From Trichinella spiralis (taxonomy: Eukaryota): a stretch of DNA of 64,000 bases. The position numbers and the translations under genes are program-made. The DNA lies in assembly GCF_000181795.1 (NCBI RefSeq), contig NW_003526944.1, positions 2,283,434 through 2,347,433 on the forward strand. Direction: 5' to 3'. Below, piece after piece: positions 52,446-64,000 of this stretch (positions within the stretch are counted from its first letter, which is position 1; each line of letters begins with the position of its first letter). The notes below the pieces were generated by a model. It was given only the letters and a program-made list of their open reading frames with translations. It made no database searches and was not told where the DNA came from.

Positions 52446-55400
52446 TGACACATCTCGCGGCACCTGGCTACCAGCAGGCGGCGTTCAAAAAATTCTCGAA
52501 TGCCCCGAAAAAAAGCGGCGGACTTTTGCTATATATTATCATTTTCAGAGCACAGAAAATGGAGGGGAACAACTTTTCATTCAATAAACATTTCAATAAT
52601 TCTTAGTTACAATAAAGTGATTAAGTACAATATGAGGGTTAATTGTGGAAAAGAGAATTTTGCATTTGATGAGCACCGGTACTATTTAAGAAATTCAAAA
52701 TTGTATATACTTCTTGAATTATGACAAAGAGAAATTCAAAATTTGCATACTGTGCTTTCTACAAATCAAAAAGAGGAGAATGACAAGCACTGATGATAAA
52801 GTTTTGCTATTTTTATTTTTTACATTATTGATTTGAAAGTATCGTCAATTAAGAGTGAAAAACAATACGCTGCGTGTAAATTCAACTAAATCAATTTTCA
52901 ATATTTATCTCTCAAGACAAACTGAAATTGAAGAAATTGAAAAATTCAAATTTATAAACAACATCCATTTGCAATTGAAAAAAAAGAAAAATTTTTGAAA
53001 ATAATTTCAAAACAATAAAGTTGATAATCAAATCATTCCAACATTTTATGCGCGTTTAAAAGAGTTATAAATTTTTCATTGAATAACAAACAATAAAAAA
53101 ACCCCTGAACCACGTCAACAGTTGTAAATCAATAGCTTTTTTTCAAAGTTTCAAAATGTTTTGTTCGTAAATCAACAGTTGTTCAAATTTGAATAAGTCA
53201 AGTGGTGCTGCTTTTTTTAATAAAAGAATTATCCCATCCTTACATGAGCATCTTGCATACAATACAATTTTTTTCTAATCATTCTTGAAATTTCAAAATT
53301 CCAAAATTATGAAAATAATGAAAACTGATTTAACGTTATCCGTCCAGAACACTTTACTCCACCCTATTTATTATTTTACAAATTATAAAACTGTCTCCAA
53401 TTTTACAATACAAATGAATAGGCCCCATTATAATGTAAGCATGCTGCTTGGAAACGTTGTAATTGTTTCCGTCATTTGTTGGACATATTTGAAAAAAAAG
53501 AAAAGAAACAAACTAGCTGTTCACAAATTTCCTTTTCTTTTCAAATAAAGCTGTGCACAATTGGTCTTAATTGATCACATTTTCAACAAAAAAGACGAAA
53601 AAAATAGTTCAATTGATAAACTGCATAATTTAAAAAAACAAATAAGGAACAACAACAACAAAATTAAAAAAGCAATTAGTACTCGCTAGTTGAACATAAA
53701 AAAAATAATTGCCGTTCAACGTGTACAATTTCAAGTAAGTTACAGTATGGTATAAACGTCGAACAATTTTAAATTCAGTCGAAAGATCATGATCATTTTT
53801 ATTGAATTTGAAATTGGAAACAATGAAGAAAAAAAGTACAATCCGTCAACGAGCATACTGTATAGTTGATTTTATTTATTTCTTCGATTTAAAGTGGTTG
53901 TAAATTTGCCGTTGAAATCAGGTCAACAGAGTTTGAAAATTCAACACTACATTCGACCATAATTGAGAATGGAAATTGTTGTTGAGGAAAATTCTGAACA
54001 AACGCTTTGTTGTGATGTATTTGCCTTCAAATATAAGGTCAAGAAGCAAAGCCAGCTAAATACCCGCCCACGCAACACGCTTTCATCCACCTATCGTTAA
54101 CAATGCTTGTCAAACAATATTCATTTGAATTATATTACATTGGACAGAGTTGGGAAAATTCCATCCCATTCAACAAATTCTACCTCTTTGTTCATACCAA
54201 CAATATATGGCCACAACAAAATTGTCAACAAGTTGAACAAAAATTTTCAAACAAGCCTTTACAAATTTCATTTCTCAATTGTTGCACTTAATCTACACTT
54301 TCGATTAACTTTAATTCAATTTAAAATAAAAATGCATTTTTTGCTTACCATTTGTAAAACGTCGGCATCGTTTTCATACGAATAAAATTCCAAATCAAAC
54401 AATTCGCCTTTGTTTGATGATCATTATTTGTTCGGTCATCGTCGATATCGGATACGCTAAATCAACATTCAGCAGTATTCAAATGTGATAACTGGTCTTC
54501 GAAGTTGTTCTCAAACTGAAATTCAAATAGCCCACTGCTGAACTACGGAAAAGAAAACCCAAAAACTGATAACACTAGCGCACAATATTCAAATTTTTTC
54601 ACGTCCTTTCCATCGGCCAACACGTTACTTGTTGCAATGTTGCAATTGCAAGAATACTGTTGTTTTTTCAAATATGTCTATTCTAAATTTAAACTTAAAA
54701 CTGTAAATTTAAATGTAAATTACAATTTTCACAAAGTACTAAGTAATATTTATTAAACTAGAATATGTTAAACGCAGCATGAAAACAAAGTAATTTGGGA
54801 ATATTTTTTGAATTTATTTGTGCCAATGTTGTATAAATTTAATTCATTCAGGTTTAATTTGTATTTCTTTACTTCTTAGTTTGGCATTGTTATGTTAAAA
54901 TCAATCAAAGTGTGTTATTTTTCATTTTTGAGCTTTTGCTACAGTAAACCTAGATTTGATTCAAATAATTGTTTCATTCTTGGTTTTACACGATCAATTT
55001 ACAATTGTAATAATTTTTCCATTACACAAATTAAACTAACCCTTTGAACACAATAATAAGAATAATCATTAATACGTAGCCGGTGTTTGCATTGAACTTG
55101 AACATCGTAAACTATCTAAACGTATTTTCATTTTGTGAAATTCAGTTTTTATTCATATTTTTTTTGAAAACTAAATATTTATATTTATTCTTTTCATTTT
55201 TAAAGTGAAAATGATTGAAATAATTTTTACTTTTCAATTTATACTGAAATTATAGGAGATAGTTCACTTTTCAAACTGTAGTTTGTTTATTTTGTGATAC
55301 TTTTTATCTGCTTTTTTATGAGAACACTGCTTTTGGCAGATTAAATCCCAGACAGGCATGTCTGTTTACGCAGTTTATTTGAAAACGTTAAGCAAAGTTT

Positions 55401-56124
55401 GCAAAAATCGTCACAAGGTCGTTGCTCATTGATAATAATGTTCAGTGAATCAAGAATTTGACATTGAAATGCACGAAATGAGCATTAATCACATCGTATC
55501 ATATCAAATCAAAAACGTATCCGATCTTATCTAATTTATTTTCCATTGCGTTTATTATTATTATTTATTTACCGCTTAATACAGTACACTTTAAAATTAG
55601 AATACAGCCAACTGGTTTTATTTATAAATTTGTCAGTTTTTTACAAAATTAATTTCTTAAACTGTCAAAAAAGGTTTAAAAAACGATTTTTGAGCTTAAC
55701 AGAAACAAGTTTATTGCATGAATTCATCCTAAGTATCAAATTTTGTGTGTGCTGTTTCTCGTTTAACTTCATCTGAACTAAAGAAGAGCGACTGATATCG
55801 TTCGAAAATTTCACAATAAACTAAATGATGTAAAGTAGTTCAAATTAGGATATGAAGCTTGTAAATTTTGCAAAAAAAAATGTAAATAATAAGCCATACC
55901 GTCAATAAGTCAAAAATCGTGACTCAGTTTGTGCTTGAGTGAAAACGTTCGCTTGGTTGTACGGGTGAAATAAAATGATAAAAAGCAAACACAAGAAAAA
56001 AAATAGAAAAATCAAAAACCCAAAACGCTATCTTTCCCGTGCGGAATATCACGTTCCAAATCATGGATGAATTGTGCAACCTCAGCTTTGGCAACAGTAT
56101 ATATTTATATGCGTGTTGCTGCTG

Positions 56125-58536
56125 TTACTCTCTTAAACAAATGGTACGCACCAACGCTTCAGTGACACTGTACGGATCACAATTTGATGCTGGACGACGG
56201 TCTTCCAAATATCCCTGCAAATATCGATAGATTTTACAAATCATACACTTGTATGTGGGGAAATTTAATTTAAATAAAAGATATATCGAATAATTTATTA
56301 CATAGCCTTCATCGGCAACGTGACGAGGTATGCGCACAGATGCTCCACGATGGGCGACGCCGGCTGAGAAGTCCGTCAGACTAGAAGTTTCGAGCCGACC
56401 AACGAGACGTCGTTCATTATCTTTACCACCCTTCGGATCGTACATCTTGATATGCTTATCGTGACATTTGGACAGCAATTCGACGCCCTCTTCGATATAT
56501 CTAGAAAAAGCAAAAATGAATAAATTTGATAAAATTCAAAAATAAATTAATTGAATCATCGTTTGAACAAAATCCAACAAATAGTCAATACTTCAAACCA
56601 CCAGGCATGCGCATCTGCTTTGTTGAAAAATTGCAATGCGCACCAGCTCCGTTCCATTCGCCTGGTATTGGTTTCGGATCCAAAGATACGACTACGTTGA
56701 AATCTTCAGCAACTCGATGCAACAAAAAGCGAGCTATCCACAACTGGTCAGCCGCTTCTATACCGCTGCAGGGTCCGATTTGAAATTCCCACTAGAACAA
56801 AACCAACATCATCAAAAATTTATGATAAATAGCAACTGAATCGGATATTGGAAAATATGCTACAGAAAATAAATCTGAAAAAAAAATTTTCAAAATTTTT
56901 ACCTAAAAAACAACTGCGAAAACACTGTTTATAATTTGATTGCGCAATTTTACAATTTTTCAACTTTAGCTGATAGTATTATTATTCACCGACAATACTT
57001 TCCAACTAATTTGAATAAAATAAAATTTAATTTAATTATATTCTTTTAAATGCGCCCACATGAACATAAATTTGTATTTTAAACAATGACCATGCGCGTA
57101 TCCGTATAATTCACGCTCATTAATCGTTAGTTTAATTGTTGTAATGATTGTGCCGTTAATTTTATTTGCAACAGCAAATACTATAAACCTATAAATAATA
57201 TTAAAATCTATAAATAGAAGTAGAAATGAGCCTAAAGCAAATAATCGATCATCATGACAGTTATTGAAAACAAGAAGTAGAGAATAAGAACGAGCTGAAC
57301 AATAACAACAATATGAAGCGCTTATATATATTTTATGCAATACACATAGTATTGAACATGACTTTCATATAAAATGGAAAATTAAAATTGCACAATTTGC
57401 AGCTTGATTTCAAATTATGTTTCGAAATTCAATTGCAACTGTCAATTGCAAAATTGACAAATAATTTAATGTTTCAAACTGCTTACATCTGTCCAATCTA
57501 TTTCCCGCTATTATGAAATGTAAAGTTTAAACTTGAAATTTTTTCACTTTAAATTTGTTTACTGCTACAAATACAATGTCTCAAATGCAAACACACTGAT
57601 GTCATATTTTTTTTCAAAAATACAATATTTTTTCAAGCAAAGCAAATATCACGAACTGAACTGAATCTCAATTGAAACTGAATCTCTCGTTGAAGCACAA
57701 ACAACCCCAAAATTTTTTTACTTTTAACAAATATTGTTAATGTGAAAGAAAAAAAAGAAATTAACTTTGCAACGTTAAATTGGCATTCTCACCTGGGCTG
57801 GCATCACTTCCGCATTGGTGCCGGACACATTCAAGCCTGCATAAAGCATGGCTCTGTAGTGGGCTTCGAGAATGTCTCGTCCGAAGACTCGGTCCGCACC
57901 GACGCCACAATAATACGGTCCTGAATAAAAATTATCATTATTATTAATGGGCATTAAATTATGCACACTTCAACCTTGCGGTGGTGGGAAGCCAAGCTTC
58001 GGCCAACGCATGGGATGTCGGTCGAGATCGAGCAGCGTGTATTCTTGCTCAATGCCGAACCAGGGTTCATAATCTTGCGCTTTGGTCATCGCTTCAACGC
58101 ACGAAAAGCGCTTGTTGGACGCCGTCGGCTGCTTATTGTACTTGTAAGTTTCGCAAAGTACAAGCTTGTTCTTTCCCAGTCGAAACGGGTCGTTGTACAT
58201 TGCAACGGGATGCAGGTAAACATCCGCATTTGATCCTTCAGCCTGGTACGTGCTGGAACCGTCGAAATTCCACACCGGCAATTCTGAAGCGAAGAGAAAG
58301 AAAAACAACAATCAAAAAATAACATTTCAAATGAAATATCAAGAATAAAAAATAAATCCAATGCCGTTGATATCTTTGGGTTCAAAGTCGAGGGTTTTTG
58401 TTTTGGCACGCAACGATTCACCAGTGCCATCGATCCAAATGTACATCGCCTGCACTTTGTCCCCTTGAGGAAGTTTCATATAACCTGCCAGAGTTTGCTT
58501 GGAATTTGACGAGCTCAATGTCAACGTGAATGCCAT
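56125..58536 (-). CDS. GLUL: Glutamine synthetase type II (6 coding exons)
   Basis: [103 protein letters not shown]. Confidence 0.97.
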
Positions 58537-59127
58537 GGTTTAATTATAATAACTGAAGAAGCTACAACAGTAGGAGTGAACGATAAAATATGCATCAAAA
58601 ATAAGATATAAATTACACGCAAATTCGTTCAAATGTTACACAAAATAAAAATCCATTTTACCACAGACAGATTTATCCAATTGTGTATTGCAAAAGCACA
58701 TCATCATTATTATCATCTCCTCTATCTGTGTACGTTATTATCAATTAAACATAACAACTATTGAAAAGCAGATCTCAATTTTGATCGATATAATTATGCA
58801 AAAAAGTAATAAAGTAAAACTGATAACAATAAACAAAGAAGATATATTTAAGAAAAGAAATAATTAATGAATAACTTATGGACGAAGAGTAACAACGAAG
58901 AGAGAAATTATGAGAAAGAGCAGAGTGGAGAATATTTTGAAGAAAAAGCCAAAATAATGCTTATTATAAGCAAAATGACTATGGGGTGGGGTCGCAGTTG
59001 CACAACGATCGTTGGCTGCTGCAATTCACGTGAACAAGCACGTGTTTCGTGCGCTTGTCCAATTTTCCTGGTTGACAAGTGAAAAGCAAGCTCTGCTTTA
59101 AACTGCAGACGACGAGACGATCAAACG

Positions 59128-59175
59128 TCAACTGCTCACCCGTTCGTTCCCCATACAGCTATTATATATATTATT
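59128..59175 (-). promoter_or_regulatory. Putative TATA box plus initiator upstream of glutamine synthetase
   Basis: Minus-strand TATATATAATAG near 59171-59159 followed about 30 nt later by Inr-like GCAGTT. Confidence 0.35.
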
Positions 59176-62100
59176 AAGCAGTGCTAGCATGTTGCTTGCA
59201 TCACGCTGATTGATGCACACCACTGTCATCTGGTCATGCCAAATTTGGATGAACAGTTTTGTCGTCAAAAGCAAACATATCCTGTTTCTTATAATATCTC
59301 GAGTGTTTTACAAAGCTTTGCACTTTGCTTAAGAAAATAAATCGTAAAACAAAAAGATTACCCGATAAAAATTACATTGCTTAAAAGCAAATATTGCAAA
59401 AAAAGTAAATGAAAAATACACTCTAGATGAGCAACAGTGGTAAACTGAATTTTACTTTTTTGAAAATAACTTATGTGGATATATTTTCGTAATATCGAAA
59501 TTATATTAATTAACGGCTCATTGTTAATGAACATTTCCGATTCTTATTTCAAATAAGCTTCAAAATAGCCAATGGCACGTGCAAGCAGGGCAAAATCACA
59601 TGACTAATATAAAACAACGCAACGTCAGTCGGTTTAGGAAAAAGAGGAAAATAACGTTTTCCCCCTATCAATCTGTGTTAGCTGCTTGCTAGCTTAAAAA
59701 TTATCTCACTATATCATCCATTTTTTTGGCTTATTTTTTCAATATTATTCAAAATGACAGTGAATAACAGTTGACAGAAACGTGAAGCACTTTTTCATCG
59801 TCAATGGTATGACGTTTGAAAGCAACGACAAACAAGCAGAAAAATAGATAACATCTGAGTACTCAACTTTAGCCAGAACGTGAAAATTGCGTCGAAAAAG
59901 ACAACAAGAAAATATATTCAAAATTGTTCATTATTTATTCAGTTCCTTGAATAGAAAATTCAAAAAAAACTTTAAACTGTCAATGGGAAGATCAAAAATA
60001 CAAAAATAGCAAGACAATATGTTTGACACCTTGAACATTTTGACAAGTGTATCATTTTTTAAAGTAAGAAAATTTTATTTTCTTCAACTATTATTCTACT
60101 TGTCATTATAAATTAGCATTCAATTCAAAGCTGAAATAAAAAACAACCAAATCGAACAAAAATAAATAAATTAATAATACATACATGCATATACATGTCA
60201 TCAAGTTACAGTAGAATTATCATTTGAAAATAATATGAACAAAAAAAAATAAATTGCAATAAGATAATTAAAAATTCTCAAAAATAAAGTTAAATTTCTA
60301 ATATTTTAATATAAAAAGTATAATCGAAAAGAAAATTTAAAAATATAAACAATAAAGAATGCTGTTACCCTGCTCAAACCCTGTACAAAGAAAAATTGCT
60401 TTTCTTAGCCACACAATTCTTGCACCGTTTGCATTAATTTACATCATATACGATGTGCATCACAAGTGTAAAGTATAATGATAAAACTAATAACGTGTCC
60501 CCCTCCCCAAGTTTGAAATTGCAAGAAAAATTCTGTTCAATTTTATCCAAGCATGCAGAAGCAGGTTTTGCAAGTTTAAGCGAATTAATTTTTCCACTGT
60601 CCACGTGTGTACGTCAGTTCGGATCGCTGCATTTCTGCTTGATGGAAAATTTTTAGGTTGACAACGAGCCACAAAAAATGTCCAGATTGTACATTGGAAA
60701 TAAAATGAGCTGCAAAGACACCAAATGCAACCCAACCGGCAAAAATTTTGCAAGTGCAATATGCAAATAATGCACCACAAAATTCACACTATGCAAACAG
60801 ATCAATATATGCAAATATATAAAGCAATACACCATCTCTAGTTTGAATATATTTTCAATCGAATTGTTCAGATCATTGTTAGAAAATTAATATTTCCTGC
60901 TAATAACAATCTCAAATCACAGTATTTATCAACAATTGCCAAATTTCCACGTTGCACGCATGCCAAACATGCCCATTTTTCTCCTCATTCAATTTCAATA
61001 ATAAATAAATGCTTATTTAAAATGAAAAAAGAAAGAAAGAAAAAAAACTTTTAAATAATTTTACACTGAAAAAGTTCCCTGTTTGCTTGACACAAGCTTG
61101 CACCCAACAACTTGGCTGCAGTTGAAGATGCAGTTTTTGGAAATTTTTGGAATATTGAATCATTTGAAATGGAAAACTTTTTAAAATTAATAATGCTGCA
61201 AAAAAAATTGAAAACTATCACATGTATGATAAGTGATGGAAAAAATGCAAGAAACAATAGATAATAGTAGATATTCTCAGGATACTTTTTTTCAAAAAAG
61301 ATTCAGTATTTTTTTTGAAAATAAATAAAACAACAACAAGCTTTACAGTAAAAATTAAAACTAACATCAGAATAACATTTATCACGCCTATCAGGACGCA
61401 TGGAAAAATTGATGTTTATCAAAAATTTGAACAATAAGGAAATTTCTTTTTTATCAGTCATCAGAGCAAATACTAAACATTTGGGGCCATAAATTAAAAC
61501 ATTTTCAATTTTCATGCATATTTTTCTCAATTTGATACAAACGCAACCTAACGAGAATTATAAAATAATAGAATATTAAATTAAAATAATCACTTCCATT
61601 GAAATGTGATATTGATTTCAAATTTAAACAAAATAACCGAGATTGTTAATTTTCAATAATTACTAAAAACACTAACGTATGTTTATTTTTATTGTTTTAA
61701 ATATTAATATTCATATTTTCAAATTAAATTAAATTTGAAATTGAACGCTGCACTCAAAAGATGTTCAGTTTTCTAAAAAATATACGAATAACAATTTACT
61801 GGGCTAATTAACAAACACACACGATTAACAAACACACACGCACACTATACAGATTCTTATTAATAATATGCTTCACAGTAGCTATGTGGTGTGGCCCAGA
61901 ATAACTGTTTACTGATAAAATTTACCGTTACTGTACAGTGCTGTTTGCACAAGCAGGAATTGAAAAAAAAACCTATATCAATATTGAATATCCAATTAAA
62001 TATATTGAAAATATTTCCACATTCATCAAATATGAAATTTTCAACCGATCAAATTTGCAAAAGAAATGCAAATGTAAAGTACAAAATTTCAAAACTCGTA

Positions 62101-63277
62101 TCGATTGAATTTTAGTAATTGAACTCAATTTCAACAATTTTACGCAATTGATTGTGAACTTTTATCACATCAAACCGGTGCAGCATAGTTTGCAAATGAA
62201 AATAAGACGAACATTTGATGATAAGAAATGAACAGATCCACCAGCAGTCAATCAGTCAGTCGAAGAACAATATCAAGTGCATTAATTATCAGCTTATTTA
62301 AACTAGATTTGCACTACACTTTCTCAGGACTATTCAAAATTGAAAAGCTGTCAAAAAAAATTGACAACCTTTCTCCACTGAAACAACAGTGTTGCAAAAG
62401 AAAAGAAAATAAAATTTCAGCTTATTTTTCTGACACAAAACACGTTACCCTACTGTACAAAACAAGGTGGCATTAAATTTGTTTTCTTCATTTGCTGCTT
62501 TGAACGTTCATCGATTCTTACTTGATTATCATTAATTACAGTTACCCTTTTGTTAGTTTTTCAAAATGTAGAATTTGAGAACAAATTAAACACTCGGAAA
62601 AATCATGCAAAACAGTAAAATACAAACATTTTCCACTCTACTGACCTGTTCTAGTCGTCAAGTTTTCTCTCGATCATTTCTCTTCGTTGATTGAATGTAC
62701 AATAACTGTTCGATTCTAGTATCGTACGGCATTTGAAAATTTTCATTCCTCCTCATTCTCTCTCTTTCTGTTTCTCTCCGTGTTCAAAAAATAGCAACCA
62801 ACTAACTTTACAACAACAACAAAACTAAAATAAAAACAAACAAAAAGAAAACAAGAACATGATTTTCACAAACAAAAATACTCACTTTTGTTGAAAAAAA
62901 TATTATTTTGGCAACAAACTTATAGTTGATGAAAATGGAGTGAAAATGTTTGGAAATTTGTATTGTATTGCAAATTAATGCTAAAAAATCAATTCAAAGT
63001 TTCATATAATATAAATATATTATAATGAGATAAATTCAATTTCACACATACATTAATTATAATATCAATTTGTTCACTGATCCAAAGCAGATGATGGTTC
63101 AAAGCTTATTATTACCAAACGCTTTGTACAATTAATTAAGTAGGCTAATAGATAAATAGGCACAATAACTTTTGACTCGTCTTCTCTCATTCGCCTGCAA
63201 AATGCTAATATTGTCTGTCTTGTGAGCATAAAATAATAATAATAACGTCTGTGGCAGCACACGTTTGTCCGCTTGCT

Positions 63278-64000
63278 TCAAGACGGCATAGTGGGACTCT
63301 TCCGCGACGACGGACAACGCAATACCATACAACCTCGACCGTTGCTGTCGAAAAAGCGCCGAAAAGTGAATTCATAAAATGCATGATCGTCCACGGTCGA
63401 GTTGCTGCTGTTCGGATCGAACGATTCCAGCCTGGGTTCACCTCCATCGTCGATCGAGTCGAAATTCGACGTGTCGGCGGCATGCAATATTTCCGGCTGG
63501 TAGGGGGCTTCCATGCGTCTAAGATTTTCCCAGTCGATGCAGCTGAAAAATGGATGCGCTTTGATCGACGCGGCCGACTTGTTCTGACCAAGTCGATGTT
63601 CCACTGAACAGCAAAGTCTCAGTATGAGGTCGACCACTTCGACCGACAAGTGCGCCTCAACCGGGATGTGCAAGCATTGGCGCCAGTTGATCACTTTCGC
63701 CTGGGTCTGTTCGGGCGTGTCGGCTAAAAAGGGCGGCTGACCGACCACCATCTCGTACAATATCACGCCCACCGACCACCAGTCGCACAGGCGCGTGTAG
63801 CCGGTTCGCAAAAGTACTTCTGGCGCGATATAATTGGGCGTGCCGACCAGAGACAACGCCTTGCGGTGTTGGTGCTGTTTCTGCTGCCTGACAACGAGCA
63901 CTTGGTCGTGAGGTGAGCTGGTGCCCAAGCCGACCGAAGATGACCAGTCGTCGTAATCCACTTCTTGTTCGTCGTCGGACTGACGGTCGCGGTAGTACTT
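63278..64000 (-). CDS. LATS: LATS/Warts serine/threonine kinase, 3' part (truncated by the window edge)
   Basis: Frame is open from 64000 (KYY...). SLVGTPNYIAPEVLLRTGYTRLCDWWSVGVILYEMVVGQPPFLA, IKAHPFF, DTSNFD and the LATS-type hydrophobic motif HAFYEFTFRRFFD. Confidence 0.96.
   Translation of the reverse strand, partial: KYYRDRQSDDEQEVDYDDWSSSVGLGTSSPHDQVLVVRQQKQHQHRKALSLVGTPNYIAPEVLLRTGYTRLCDWWSVGVILYEMVVGQPPFLADTPEQTQAKVINWRQCLHIPVEAHLSVEVVDLILRLCCSVEHRLGQNKSAASIKAHPFFSCIDWENLRRMEAPYQPEILHAADTSNFDSIDDGGEPRLESFDPNSSNSTVDDHAFYEFTFRRFFDSNGRGCMVLRCPSSRKSPTMPS

Noticed and set aside
16701..64000. Rap2 and LATS as a Hippo-pathway cluster
   Set aside because: 46 kb apart with unrelated genes between them; chance linkage is likely.

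Overview
AT-rich eukaryotic genomic DNA with short introns and TTTCAG/TTTTAG-type acceptors; inferred to be a nematode, most likely clade I (Trichinella-like). It is not prokaryotic and has no CRISPR arrays. Recognisable genes by manual splicing: SPRYD7, propionyl-CoA carboxylase beta (PCCB), an intronless Rap2 GTPase, AP-3 mu subunit, Artemis (DCLRE1C), an HSDL1-like SDR, ECSIT, ARMC1, an unknown GC-rich ~165-168 aa gene, glutamine synthetase II, and the 3' part of a LATS/Warts kinase. The most unusual structure is a ~14 kb inverted repeat (23995-37999). Its arms carry a decayed trypsin-like gene, degenerate 28S rRNA fragments and a ~1.2 kb intron-free decayed insert. Its centre holds a palindromic satellite, inverted CAGGTAAG motif arrays and a fragment of an RLE-type (NeSL/Utopia-like) non-LTR retrotransposon. 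Two gap-separated tandem duplications (694-9827 and 26836-29878) look like assembly or haplotype artefacts. Homology calls come from recalled family motifs, not database searches, and exon boundaries were read by eye.
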